From NCBI GenBank assembly GCA_964016885.1, contig OZ024742.1, forward strand, positions 83,080,001 through 83,144,000: DNA of 64,000 nt, given 5' to 3'. How positions within the stretch are numbered: position 1 is the stretch's first letter; the number at the start of each line of letters is the position of its first letter. Both the position numbers and the translations under genes were made by a program. The notes under the pieces are model-generated. The model made no database searches. It was not told the DNA's origin and saw only the letters and a program-made list of their open reading frames with translations. Shown here piece by piece: positions 49,627-63,850 of the stretch. The stretch comes from Eledone cirrhosa (taxonomy: Eukaryota).

Positions 49627-52093
49627 AAATAATTAAGTCAAATATTTAAAATTTGGCTTCGTTTATTAAAGGTCGACTGCTATATATATATATTTCGTTA
49701 ACAGCCTTCCTTGGCTGTGACCCATTCAGGCAGTCCGAATTGTTGTGGTAGAGACAGGTACACAAGTTGTTGAGGTGTTTAACTCCGTGAATACTCCGAT
49801 ATGGCCAGTTCCTGGTCGGGTTGTTATTTCTCTGAGGAACTGGAATCATATGAATTCGAACAAACGAATTTCGGCGTCAAATGATACTCCCTCCTCCTAT
49901 TGGTCAGTTGTGAGAACATTCCTCTGTCAAAAGTGTATAGAAGTACAATCTTTACACTATCATGGTGTGGTGCGTTTTAAGAGCAATTGAGACAAGGGTG
50001 TAATACACCTGAACCCGAGTGTTAAAAACCGGGAATTCAGAGGACTGCAGTTCCTATTTCGGCATAGAGGACATATGCGTGTATGTCAACTCACATCGTT
50101 CCAAGCACACACGCACAAGCACAGGCCCAGTTGCATCTTCTATGCACACACACATGCACACACACACACCCACATACACACATGTAAGTATCTGTGCATG
50201 CACAATCTTAAATAACAGTATCTATGTATGGACATATGCATAAGTACGTGTTGTCACAGGAGTCGATCGCGAAAGGGGTATTTGTGCAGAGGGTGGTTTA
50301 CCGTTGGCTCGGTGTGGTGGGGCTGCTGTCATTATAGCTAGAGGGAAGTTCCCATCCCAATGTGTTGTTATTGTCCATATAGCTTGAGGCATATCCCGGC
50401 CCTGAGGTGTGTACATGTCCCGGAGAAGTCCCTATAGTTTGAGGGAAGTTCCCATCCCAATGTGTTGTTACTCTCCATATAGCTTGAGGAAGGTCGCAGC
50501 CCTGAGGTGTCTATATGTCCCGAAGAAGTCAGTCCTGAGGTTTATCAGGCTGCTTCCACCGCTGAGTATCTCGAGGGTCTCGCTCAGACATAGTTTGCAG
50601 ATGCCAGATCCCCCTTTATCAGGTGGTACTTTCCTGATTTTGGACCTGGCCAGAGAGTACGGGGTCCTGCTCAGCTTGAGCTTCCAAATCAGTTCGGAAA
50701 GAGCCGTACTTTTCCTTTTGTCCTCACTATTAAAGGAATGGCGATGGTTATACCATCGGTCTTTAAAGCTCGTTGATGTGGCTCCTATGTAAATGTGTTA
50801 AGAGTTGGGGATTTTTACTCTACATCCGTATATTAAGTTCTTCCTAAGGCATTCATTACTAAGAGGGCATAATTCGGGGTTTCTGCAGTTGAAGGAGGTG
50901 ATCGACATCCGCGTGCCTAGTGTGGGGTTCCCATTGCGTATTATATAGTGGTCCTCCCCCGGGCCCGGTAGGGGATCCCTAGGTCTGTTAAGTTTTCCAG
51001 GGTGGGCACTGGTCCCACCCTTCTTTGCCCACACATGGTTCTGCTGGGTGCTTATATTGCCAGCTTCTGGTTGTGTGTGGTCTTTAAGTCTACCCCTATT
51101 GATGTGCTGGGCCATATTTCACGTGGTAGAATACGAGAGCTTCACAGTGTGTCTGTTGAAGATCTTGCAGTATCTATGGTCCTTCGTGAAGCATTTATCT
51201 AGTGCTCTAAAGAATTTATTCCCCCTGAATTCCCGGTTTTTAACACTCGGGTTCAGGTGTTTAAGACTCCACCTTTGTCTCATTTGCTCTTAAAACGCAC
51301 CACACCATGATAGTGTAAATATTGTAATCCTTTGACCCACAGCCTTTCTACTTCAGTCAATATTTTCCAAATGTTTCAAACTTTGAGATTGGTTATAACA
51401 CACACGCATTTTATTTTATTCTTTTATTATCTTAATCTTTTTATTATTTTATTATTTGTTTGTTTATTTATTTATTTTTTTATTTATTTATTTATTTTCT
51501 TCATTTTATTGCCTCTAATTCTTTTATTTTTCCATTTTACTTTATCTTATTTCTTCATCGGTTTGCCCCGCCCCCACCCCCACCCCACCACCACCACCAC
51601 AGGAAAAGGTGGCAGGATGGATACCAACCCACACACACACATTCTTCTAAACATAGCAGCAGCCGAACTAAAGCTAACATGCCTACTGATCCCCTGACCC
51701 TCTAACACCAATACAAGGGAGGATGTCAGCTGTACTTAACAAAACAACCACAACAGATTGCCTTGCCTCAGAAACATTTCTATAGACTTTTGACAAAGGA
51801 ATGTTTCACAACTGACCAATAGGAGGAGGGAGTTTCCTTTGACGCTGAAATTCGTTTGTTCGAATTCATATGATTCCATTTCCTCGGAGAAATAACAACC
51901 GAACCAGGAACTGGGCATATCGGAGTATTCACGGAATAAACACCTCAACAACATGTGTACCTATCTCTACCACACCAATTCGGACTGCCTGAAGAGGTCA
52001 CAGTTAAGGATGGCTGTCGCCGAGATATATATAGCAGTACACCTTTAATAAACGAAGCCAAATTTTAAATATTTGACTTAATTATTTTATTTT
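49621..52093. mobile_element. Large fold-back: inverted PLE pLTRs enclosing a Naiad GIY-YIG fragment (50290-51224, minus)
   Basis: 49621-49942 / 51778-52093 and 49943-50040 / 51225-51327 are inverted; inside are NCRNPELCPLSNEC and YIGATSTSFKDRWYNH. Confidence 0.85.
51984..52038 (+). ncRNA. Hammerhead (degenerate GAGA); inverted copy at 49676-49734
   Basis: actgc CTGAAGA ggtcacagtt aagga tggctgtcgcc GAGA tatata TA gcagt; the inverted copy has GAAA but CTGAATG. Confidence 0.65.
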
Positions 52094-52188
52094 ACATTAC
52101 TCCGGAGTAACCAAACCAACCTGCGTACTTCGTCGAGTGCTCCATTCTGCATACTGAGGTGACGGTAAACAACCAACATATACTCAAA

Positions 52189-52241
<53 letters not shown>

Positions 52242-52244
<3 letters not shown>

Positions 52245-52586
52245 GATATATTAACAAATGGAAACTATATTTATTTTTCTTTCCTTTTTCTTTCCTTTTT
52301 CTTTTTCCATACTCTAATGGCCTATTTTAAATCTACTGTCATTTAAACATATCCGACACTAATTTGCATAATAGATTAAATAAATTTAGTAACCCCACTA
52401 TCCGGGAGCTTCCAACAGAAATTCTCACATTCTTTAAGGGTACGTCAAAATTTATTTATAAAACTGATCTATATTATATTTTATCTGATGAAAGCGCACC
52501 ATAATTTGACTTAGTGTCCTTGAAATCTGTATAATGAAATAAATATGGTTTTATAAATATAGTTTCCATTTGTTAATATATCGTAT
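52242..52586 (+). mobile_element. Fold-back PLE tail with degenerate HHR (52481-52534)
   Basis: 33-bp arms 52242-52274 / 52553-52586; ttat CTGATGA aagcgcac...gtgtcctt GAAA tctgt ataa. Confidence 0.6.
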
Positions 52587-52675
52587 TTTTACTCCAATAA
52601 TTTGTTGAGTGCTTTATATCAGTTATAAAAATATTTGCTTGTTGTATCCCAACAAATTAAATATAACTTCTACAC

Positions 52676-52727
<52 letters not shown>

Positions 52728-52865
52728 TTATTACTTTGATATATATATATTTTTTGCGTGCGTGGGTGTGTATGGGAATATGCGTATATTTGTAGGAGTG
52801 TATAGGGGCATGTTTGTGTGTGTGAGTGTATACAAGCACCTCTGTAGGGAAAGGGCATGTTTGTG

Positions 52866-52913
<48 letters not shown>

Positions 52914-53329
52914 TGTTTACGAGCGAGTGTGTATCTGTGCGGGTATATATGGGTACGTGTGTATATGTGTGTGTGTGCGTGGGTGGAGGGGTGGAGGTCT
53001 ACGTACATGTCTGTACGTGTGTGTGTGTGTACGTGTGTACGCGTATGCATGTGTATGAGCATGTGTGTGTTTATGTATATAGGCCTGTGGGCATGTATGT
53101 ATGTATATACGTGCCTCTCTGGATGAATGTATGTGTATGTTTATATGTTTTTTTGTTCTCCTTAATGTGTGGGTATAGCGGGAGCCTATATGTACGACTG
53201 TCGGTATCTATGTGGTTGTGTGTGTGTGTGTGTGTGTGCGTGCCCGCGTGGATGTGTGGACTACCAAACAGCAGTAATTCATTGAAATGTGGCAGACATG
53301 GGACAGCGGAATAATACCTGTGGTCAGAT

Positions 53330-53530
53330 TTTATGATGACGTAGGCAACCAGCGGCCAATCACCGGACACACGAAGAGGATGACGTTTTAGACAGTACTG
53401 GCCCACAGGGTCAGATACCCCAGTGGAAGAATATGTCCGTCGAACCTGCGGATCCAGAATCAGACAGATCCACACAATGATCGCTTCTCGAGCTGTACGC
53501 CGACGAAACAATTGTAACACACAATAAATA
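53330..53530 (+). ncRNA. Putative hammerhead with ~165-nt branched helix II domain
   Basis: ATGATGA c gtaggc...gccgac GAAA caattg TA, then aataaa and (TA)n; helix I is poor. Confidence 0.45.
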
Positions 53531-53619
<89 letters not shown>

Positions 53620-53631
53620 ATATACAATAAT

Positions 53632-53990
53632 AAAGTGCCCAGGATTTCCTCTCATCTGAGCACATTATTTACAGGGAACGGCGAGATTCTATGGCTCCGT
53701 TAATGTATCGTGATATTTCGCTCTTTATAACAGCCTTTCCTCTTTCTCTGTTTAGTTGAGCACACTTCTCTGAGTGGTTTTGGGCTGCCCTTTCTAGCAG
53801 CTCGTCCCTCAGAGACCACTGGTTCACTGCCCTTAAACACGCTGTGACTTCTCTCTCCCACGTGTAGTTGGACGGTCGCTTTAAAAATTCTCTTAATGTT
53901 CTCTGAAATGTATGGCCTAACACGCTCATGAACCTGGGATATTTCACTTTTCTCAACAACTTAATGACGAAACAGATCACTTCGGATTTG
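53632..53990 (-). mobile_element. Degraded Penelope-type endonuclease end with minimal HHR-like motif
   Basis: LNRERG resembles the terminal LNRDxG motif; followed by gtgct CAGATGA gag GAAA tcctg ggcac and (TA)n. Confidence 0.45.
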
Positions 53991-54208
53991 TACGTGTGTT
54001 ATATAGTTATAGAGGTATTTATTTACGCTTTAATTTATATTTTTAATTATCGTGTCTATATTCTGCCTTCCATAGGTTATAGATTCCACACACAGGTGGT
54101 TTTTTTCCTGTTTTATTGATGGCACACTGTATCTCTCTCTAGTGTGTTACCTTTTCAAGATATTGTATACAATAATATATATATATACATACATATCTAC
54201 ATACATAT

Positions 54209-54261
<53 letters not shown>

Positions 54262-54380
54262 GTTGTTGAGCTTATCATATAGTAGTAAACTAGTCTGATG
54301 GAGAAAGAGAGTGGGTGGGCAGACAGTGGTAAACGTATCTGCATATATATATATAGAGAGAGAGGGGGGGGGAGATTGAG

Positions 54381-54446
<66 letters not shown>

Positions 54447-54646
54447 ATAAACGTATATGTATATATATATAAAATAAAAAAAATCTGTTTCGCTCTACAT
54501 GGCCGGATACAATAAATGTAATCTGAGATTTTCGAATATTAATAATAATATTCGATTCGTTTGCAAGTATGCAAGAAAACCTCCTTTTTAGAGCCATGTC
54601 AGTAGAATGAGCCCCTCATTCTTGCTATTGTGTTGGCATGCAAACA

Positions 54647-54695
54647 GAACTGCAGACACTAATTTTCTGGGTATTACCCTTCATCAGTACAGTTC
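54647..54695 (-). ncRNA. Type I hammerhead between ~150-bp direct repeats (54488-54637 / 54856-55004)
   Basis: gaactgta CTGATGA a gggt aat accc a GAAA attagtg TC tgcagttc; 8-bp helix I. Confidence 0.75.
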
Positions 54696-55048
54696 ACTGT
54701 TCACCTGCCAACTGTCAGAGCTAGTGAAAATATATTATATTTTCTAAAATATACAGTGACTGATCAGCCTGATTTGCATATTAGCAGAGTGGCTGCTCAG
54801 TTTCCTGTTTACGAGTGATCAATGGCCGGCTTTGACATATTTTTTTTTTAAATAGTTCGCTCTACATGGCTGAATGCAATAAATGTAATGTGAGTTTTTC
54901 GAATATTAATAATAATATTCGATTCGTTTGCAATTATGCAAACAAGCCTCATTTTTACAGCCATATCAGTAGAACGAGCCTCTCATTCTTGCTCTTGTCT
55001 TGGCTGATACATCTGACATAACTCATTCGAGAGAGGGAGAGAGAGGGA

Positions 55049-55105
<57 letters not shown>

Positions 55106-55859
55106 GGATAGAGATATCGTCAGTGAGTGCTAGAATAGGTTTCAAATAAAACTTAAATTAACTAAATCTTTCACTTAGAGTGGTCTTTCTCACGAAACAA
55201 TTATGTCAATAAATCAATAAATTTCGAATTTTCTGTCTCTGCACCCTGATAGCAACAAAGAGAGTCAAAGTGAAAGAACACAGAGAGGGGAAGAAAGAGC
55301 AGGGGTAACATAAATAAAATTGACACGTACACTTTGAAACGGTTGGCTAGAATCTGTCTGAAGTAAAACTTTTATTAGATTAATTTATCCTCGTAGACTG
55401 GGTCACAAATATCGGTGAAGAAAGAACATAAAAACAAAAGTTACTCATAGAATTGTGATTTAAATATTGAACGATAATGAATATTAGTGAAGTGGCCGCA
55501 ATTATGCATTCGAGAAGGATGTATTTGGAAGGAAATTTATCTTAGCGAAATATATGAAATGCCTAATGTTAAGGGAGATAATTTGAAGTATTCGTAAACT
55601 ATATCTATAGGCATGAGTGGCAGATTATCCTTGAGTTTAAAAATAATAAAATAATAATAATAATAATTATAATAATAAAAATGGTTTCCCAATTAACCAT
55701 ACAGGGCATATATGAAGAAAATCCTTAAAGACGGTACAGACTGAACATGATGTAAAAAGTGTGGGGTTTAGCGTGTAAAAACTGATGTGGAATGAGATAT
55801 ACAAAACAGATTCAAAAAAGTAAATTCCATAATATGATGGGGGGGGGGACTTCCGAGGA

Positions 55860-56320
55860 CAACATATGGAGAAGGTTCACAAAAGGCCACGGTCACCCTG
55901 ACCACCAGGGCAAGCGCCTTCTCCAAGTTCTCCATCTCCAATCTTCAGGCGCACACTCAGAGCAGAGAGGATTTTTCAATAAACTACTTGGAAGGTAGGA
56001 CTTCACTCTCCACCTTCATTTTCGTCTTCAAACCTGAAAGAGCTATTAAGGGCTTCGTCGAAGAGGAAAGTGCTCGTCTTTAGATGTTTTAGACGTGTCC
56101 ACTACATGACTTCTTTCGCCATTGGTCACCAGGCAGGTAAAAACAATCTGCCTTTCCCGGCTAAAGGAAAGCGGCGGGGCAATATTCACTATAGATTCAG
56201 CTGATAGCCCGATCGGTCCTACACATGATAACAGATTTTCGACATAAACCCACACATCAGCAGTAGCCGGACTTTGGACGAGTGTGTAAAGGATTAATTC
56301 GCCACAATTTTCAGCATGAC
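55860..56320 (-). mobile_element. Tx1 ORF2 3' fragment
   Basis: DVWVYVENLLS...LSAESIVNIAPP...VFTCLV, homologous to about 700-1050. Confidence 0.8.
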
Positions 56321-56876
56321 AGCATATGTATATATATATATATAGTGCGTTGTTCACAGGAAAAAAATGTGAAGGAGACAAGAAATATAATGAAAGAATG
56401 TTCTATATGATGACAACTCTGGACTATATATTAAACTCATAGGACGGGCTGGTATTACATTAGAATTTCTATGAAAGCCGATGATAAGAAAACATATCAG
56501 TGAAAATTTATTTTAGCTAAAAATTAATGTTATCCTCCAACCTATAATTTTCTATTTGAAAATGGATGTGGCTATATATTTCTTTTGGAACCATATATTT
56601 TTACTGTGGGAAGGCAGAGATATATTTAGGTTCATTAAATCTTACATAGACAGTGGCTGTTTATGAACATTGTTTTCAATATTTAATCTATTGAAGTAGG
56701 AAGACATCAAGGCTTTATGTTTACGTATTCTAGAAGTTATATTTACAAGAGAGCCTTATTTCCTCCAATTTATTGATGCTATACATCCCGATGATAATAT
56801 CAGAGATCTTTACGTATTTGAAATCGGAAATAATGTCGACATCTATCTGCCTGTCTGTCTATCTCTCTCTCCAAGC

Positions 56877-56909
<33 letters not shown>

Positions 56910-57310
56910 GGGAAGTAAGGTTCTATACAGAACAGTGGTTATAGAGTTTGAAATAGCACGGAAAATATATTTTAGGGTCTGTTTTTATTTGTTTTCATTT
57001 CTTTGATTCATCAGAGTGACATTATTGAAAAAATGAGAGGGACAATTCTTTTGTTTTATAATGTTTTTAAAGTATATAAAGTATTAACGGTTTCGATGTA
57101 TTACTAAAAGTCATCTTATCAAATGTTCAGTATTACAATTAAAAAGAGTGAATAAGAATTGGAAACTAAAAATTAAAGATTTAAAATTAAGAGGTAGGTT
57201 TTTTTTTATTTTCCTTGCTGAGAATGAGACTGGAGAATGAGCTCTTGTGTATAGAGAGAGATGTGTGTAGTCATGAAAGTAGCAGCAGCAGTGATGGTAG
57301 GTGTGTTTCT

Positions 57311-57389
<79 letters not shown>

Positions 57390-57396
<7 letters not shown>

Positions 57397-57469
57397 AAAT
57401 TGTACAAGACCCTGTCGGCAGAGCTCAATCCGTTTCGAAGGCTATTTCTGGACTAAATTAGATTTTTAG

Positions 57470-57471
<2 letters not shown>
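57390..57471 (-). mobile_element. Short fragment of the U3-A8 HHR PLE tail inside (TA)n
   Basis: ggcagagctcaatccgtttcgaaggctatttctggactaaattag matches 30700-30750. Confidence 0.8.
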
Positions 57472-57506
<35 letters not shown>

Positions 57507-57736
57507 GACGTATCCGAGGACCTTGCGATTTATAGAGTCAGGTTCGATGAGCACATCGATCGTGCCGCAAACTGATCGTCGGAGAAGCTATTGTAATATG
57601 TCCGATAAATTCCATTCGTCACAACACTGATTCTCTTTTTTTCTGTGATTTCATACTCTGCTCTATGAGAGCATCGAGTGCTCATACGGCCCACCGCATA
57701 CGGACGCTTTAAGCATCCAACACCAATTATATATAC

Positions 57737-57827
<91 letters not shown>

Positions 57828-57949
57828 ATTTCTCCCCATAGTTGCTTGCTACGTAAGGATTGAAAGCCTGCACCAGCATAGGCCATAGAAACGCTATATA
57901 TTCTAACGTTGCTTATCCTTCGGGCAGGAAATAAGACGGGTCAACTTTA

Positions 57950-58133
57950 TTGGCAGTATCGGTAGAGGGTCGGTCGCCATCTTTTGTAACAAAGAGTTAC
58001 GGCCCTTTATGGTCTGAGTTCAAATCCCGCCGAGGCTAACTTTGCCTTTTATCCTTACGGGGTCGATAAAATAAAGTACCAGTAATACACTGATTTAATT
58101 GCTGACCTTGTGCCAAAAGTAGAAACAGTTATT
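57950..58133 (+). mobile_element. SINE (family A)
   Basis: tggcagtatcggtagagggtcgg A-box region, gagttcaaatcc B-box, shared body and tail. Confidence 0.85.
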
Positions 58134-60841
58134 TTGTATGTGAGATATTGTCAAATGTGAGGGAAGTAATAATAATGTAACAATAAAATTGTTGTTTTTT
58201 TATTCAGGCTGGCTTGTTCATGTGTCTGCAAGTAGTTGGATGTAATTGTAATTGCTAAAATCTGTGTTGTCTGTATCTATCTGTATGTCTATTAGTGTTT
58301 TCCCGTGTATAATTACATAGATTATTGTAGCGAAATATTTTTAAATATGTGTTGTGTATTTGTTTTTGTGTGTTAGTGTGTTTTTATGTGTATATTATTA
58401 ATATAGCATGTTGCATTTAAATAATATCAATATGCAGTGTGATTTTTCTAGTTAAAGGTGTATAGATTGTTTATGTGTGTATTTATGTATATATCATTTC
58501 AATGGCTTATTGTATTTAACCGTATCTAAACGCAATATATGTCTATGGGACGGACACCAAGTAGGATGATAATAGTGGGTGCAAAGTAATAGGATTTTGT
58601 CATTGTGCCTGTATGACTCCTTGTTCAGAAGAGATGTGTATTTGTGTGCGGGCATTCTCTAGTTATTTTAGTTTGTTTATAGACACTCACGGAGTATTTA
58701 AAACCTGGTGTTGTTCCTAATATTTCATTTTTTCGACGATAACAAAACTTATTTCCTTGAATATAAGGGATTAACGTGTCCAGTGTATTCCGTTTGATGG
58801 TGTATGTTGTCCCTATATGAGTATCTGTGTGTGTGTGCATTCAAGTGCGTGTGTGTATATGTGTGTTTTTATGTGTATGTCAGTGTGTGTATGACATGAA
58901 TGTAATACAAACAAAAACCTCTGAAATAAAATATGCATTTATTTTATTTATAGACGATCTGTTACACAATAATATTTTCTTTATGCCTACAAAATAAGGA
59001 TGCTCAAGTCTATAGTTCTTTGAAGTACGTAGGATTTAGATTTAGGGTGATGATATTTGTTGTTCCAAAAATGCTTTCCCGTTGATTTTCAAAATTGTAA
59101 TAATGACGGCTAGATATTATATCATACTGCCAAATCTATCACCTTTATATGCTTAGATATGATAGAATATATACAGAGTATATGTAATTAATTGACACTT
59201 TATTATAGGAATATATCCACGTCCAAATAGAGGCATATCGAATGTCTATGTTTGTTTTAGTGTAGAGACCTTTACATATTTTGCACGTGTCGTCCTGTTT
59301 AAATTAATATAGATTTTTAGAGTATTGCTCTGCAAAATGAATGTATTCTATTCCATGTAGCAAATTTCTAAACTAATTACCTAAAACATACATTCTCGTT
59401 ATTTCAAGAACTATTTGTTCCTATCACTAACTTGATTAGTCACCTTTAGAAACTAATAAGTGATTCTGAAAACAGAAATTATTCAAACAGAGTGTTTTCT
59501 CTAATTTTCGATTCCTCTCGGTAGATTCCACTCGATTCTTGAACTAGTGACAAAGACGGCATTCTCTCATACTACTCCACCGTTCACCTTCTGATGAAGG
59601 TACCATGTGTATTTGTTGTACATATATATGTTTTACACAAGGATCTATAGAAAATAAAAAGCTATATAGAATATTTATGACAAATTTACTTCATGAACCT
59701 CATCTTATTTACCATGTGTTTTTACGTCTATGTTACCACTGTATATTTCTATACTGTCATTCTGAAATCACTTCTGAGATCAGTTTACTTCCGTCATAGA
59801 CATACTGACTCATGGAGATTTTTGCGCATATTTTCATATATACACTAGATAATGGGGTGTACTTTTATTTTTTTATCTTATTTATTAGATAATTCTACTC
59901 TCACACGAGTATATATCTTCTCTGCATTGTATCTCTCTCTTTCCCATTCTCTATTATTTATTAATCGTCTCTCACTAGATTACATTCAAGTCATGTTTAC
60001 TTCGATCAATTTCTTCTGTTCACTCTAGTGGGCTCTATTTCTCTTTTGTCAACTACGTCGTTACAAATGTTTTGTACATGTAGGAATTCTTCAATTGTTT
60101 TCTCGCTGTAAGTCTACAATATATTTCTTGTCTCTTTGTTGAGGTTGTGTATTTAGATTTATATCTTGTAATCTCAATTGACTTCTTATTGTGCAATTTT
60201 TATCAACATTATCATAATCATCAACATTATCATCGACACATGCTTTCTCATCATCTTCATCACTACCAAAATCATCACCATAGTGAGTACATTTTACATA
60301 CGTCTGTACTGTTGTAATTTTCTTCAGTGACATTTTATATATGTCACTGCATTTTGTTTTCATATTCTTTTTTTCTTTCTGCATATTGTGTCTAAGTTTG
60401 CTTCTCTATTTTCACTAATGTTTTCATGTATTTTTCACCATCCTATTTCTGCAATCATCCATCTTGTTTTATATCCATCGATATACCTTCATTTTCTAGT
60501 TTCTTTCTCTTTTTGTATATTTACTTATACACGTTTGGTCGAAAGAATTGCAATGTTTTAAGTCATGTGAGTGCATACGGTATTTTTTCAAATAAATCAA
60601 AGGTGATGTCTTGCAAATATCATAGGCGTTATATATCTTTTATGATCTAAAACACAAAAAATGTAGAATAAACATCACAATATAAATCTAATCTAGTAAC
60701 TAACTCTTTGTATTCTGTATTCTATATAAGCTTCTAAATAATTAAGATTGTATAACGTCCATTCAACCTCCGGGGATGATTATTTTCTCTAAATGTACAT
60801 TGCTCTCTATTATATGTAAACACACACACATACACACACAC

Positions 60842-60887
<46 letters not shown>

Positions 60888-63566
60888 AATCTATATTAAT
60901 GTAAGGTAAACATTAGCACATAGTAACATATTACTACATTGATGCAATAGGAACCGATTCAAAAAATTCCCTTACGTGTTCACACATTCACAAATTGCTA
61001 ACTCGCAGAGAGCAACTCCCGTAGCGAGAAACATTTGGAATCTGAAAACCATAGCAATGTGAAGGTATAGAACGGGATTATTGTTTGGTTGCAGGACATA
61101 CTAAAATATAGGCATGATTTGATTTTCCACTGATTGCAGAAGCCATTAAAACCGATTCTGGGGGTCAAAGAATTAACAACATATGTAAAGAAAAGAATGA
61201 ATGGATATTGTAAAGACCCAATAACTGACAATACAAATCCCAATCAACATACTTAACAATTAAACAACCAAAGATGCATTACCTTCTCTTAACTAGTCAT
61301 TTACATATAAGAAAAGTAAAAAAAAATGGAAAATAAAATAAGTTGGTATTATGGACCTCCGCTATCACAATTAACATCGGCTGAAGACACCAATAAGAAA
61401 AATAAAGAATGGAAAATAAAGTAAGATGATATTATGAACCTCTCTGATATCAGAATCTACATCGCTTGAATTCACAGACTTCCACATAAAAACAATAAGC
61501 ATTTCTTAAACCTATATCTAAATATCCCGTCTTGAACAGGAATCTGTTTACCCATTAACTTAATTCTGATAAATAAATATAAAGGCATGTTATCTCGATC
61601 CAATAAACAACTATAAACACATTGAGACCAACCCCACATTAAATAGCCACGCAAATACTACGATACCAAATACAAACTCTATAATTGCAGACACAGGTAT
61701 AATAAAGAAAGGAATACTTCGGTTATATATGTTCCTTAAATCAAAGAATAAATAACAATAAACTCAAAACTGTTTGAATATTTCTGACAGACTACCCCAT
61801 CCTCTAACGAAATTTCAAAACCCCAGCAAATATCATATGTTAACTTGTGTAAATATTATATGTTATGCTGAACCAAGCAAATTGTTGTGACTGCTAATTT
61901 CATCCAGATTCCTCTACTAATTCTAGTACGGTGAATACTCTTGTAGCATAGTATAAATCCACAAGATCACCATTGACGAAATTCGATTCTTAACAGAAAA
62001 TTCGCATTTCTTTCTGAAGAGCTCAAAGCAAATGTAGGTTTCAGGGAAATGCACAGAATTCGAGCGAAGTACATAACACGTTCCAATCTACTGTAAGCTA
62101 TGTTAAGAAATACTTCCGTCATGCTCTTCTCAGTATACAAACACACACACGCTCGTGCTCGAGCACAACTACACACACATTCCTATGTATGCATTGCATT
62201 TGATCTAGCGATCGTAGTAGTCCAAATGGGAGTAAATATCCAATAGTTATAACAGTATATTCTATAGAAAAATATTTTTATATGTTTTCAATATGACCGG
62301 TATATGACAGAAAATCGTTGTCCAGTTAGCTTCATTACAGAAGTAACATTGATTTGCTGTGGATTCTATTTATATATGTAGAATAGCCTTGCCATACCAT
62401 TGGAAACATTAAGGAAACTAATTTTCCCGTTCCATTCAGCTCTCTCTGTATATAAATGATAGATACTTGGCCTTAATTGACGCCCTATAACAGGACAAAC
62501 ATACCCGTTATTATAACATATAGAACATTTAGATTTATCTTATTTCATTTACGAATAATCTAGAAATAATAAATGAATTATAAAACCAGGCGGAAAATTT
62601 AATATGATCGAAAATCTTTAAAATTATTCTCTGATATCTGAGAATCAGATTCTTATTTTCGTTAATGTTGTCTATCAACAATGTCACATGACACGAATTA
62701 TTACATTGTGTTTGGATACAAGAGAATTATCGTTTCACAAGATATGTTTTATTTAGAATTGCAGTCATTAATACTTCTCCTCCCCACTAAAAATGCAACT
62801 ACACGCCACATTCATTGTTTTTATTGTAATTTATATTGGATTTGTTGCGTATTATTTTGCAACGTAGTTATATTAAGTTGTCCTTATATAGTGTAACTAG
62901 AAATAGATTAGAATTTGTACGCAGTTTTCTCTGGGTGTTATTTAATAGAGAGTCAGTTTAGCTTTCTGATCTTCTTCATATTTAAGTATTTCTTTTGCAC
63001 TTATTCGCTACAAATATATCAATCAGGATAGAGAAAATAGAGATATTAAGGTATGAAGAAAGGCTATTGGAAATACTCACGTGGACAAGAACGCAGTGAG
63101 ATTATGAGGAGGGTGAAAATATGAGAGTGGCAGTAAAAGATGAAGAATGGTGTTGAGATTGGGGAAGTTAGGTCGAATGTATTGGAATAACAATATCTTT
63201 AAGATAATTGATAATTTTGACAGTGAACTTGTTACGTGCAGATGATTGACTATATAATTGAACTTGCATCTTGTGGAGAGACCATTAAACATTTTAAATT
63301 AGCATCTGGAATTAGAGATTTACAAAGTGAATTCAGCATGCTCTCAGTATAGAATGTTTGAAATTAGTAACATTTCTGGATAGTTTAATTTTGGTAACCT
63401 AGTTAATCAGGGTATAATAATTGCTGATCATTTCATTTTTACGGAGGAAAAGGAAAATCCACTGAAATTATTTCAACATGAGTACAGTCAGACGTAAAAA
63501 TAAATATTCCTTTTGTTTTGGCAACACTACAATTGTTGACCAAAATAACACAGTTGCAATACTAGA

Positions 63567-63850
63567 GAGGCACATGGCCTAATGGTTAGGATGCTTTCCG
63601 TTCAATCATAACCTCATCGGTTCAATTTCTGGACAGGCTGCTGTGTTGTGTTCTTGAGCAAAACATCTTTTCACATTGCTACAGTGCACTCAGCTGAGAG
63701 TGAGTACCAACTGTAGCTGGGAAGTTAATTCTGCGATAGACCGGCGTCCTATCCAGGGACAGTCTTGTACTTTGAATCACTTAACGGCAAGGAAACCGGG
63801 GATAAGTAGTGGCGTGATGAGCCTTTGGCTTAGAACAGACTTTAACTTTA
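63567..63850 (+). mobile_element. tRNA-derived SINE (family B-related)
   Basis: tggcctaatggttagg A-box, ggttcaattt B-box, gttgtgttcttgagcaaaacat core, acttta repeat tail. Confidence 0.75.

Noticed and set aside
50342-50530. 100-bp tandem duplication at the Naiad ORF end (similar small duplications at 17045-17290, 25601-25680, 61310-61470)
   Set aside because: Ordinary local duplications with no further structure evident.
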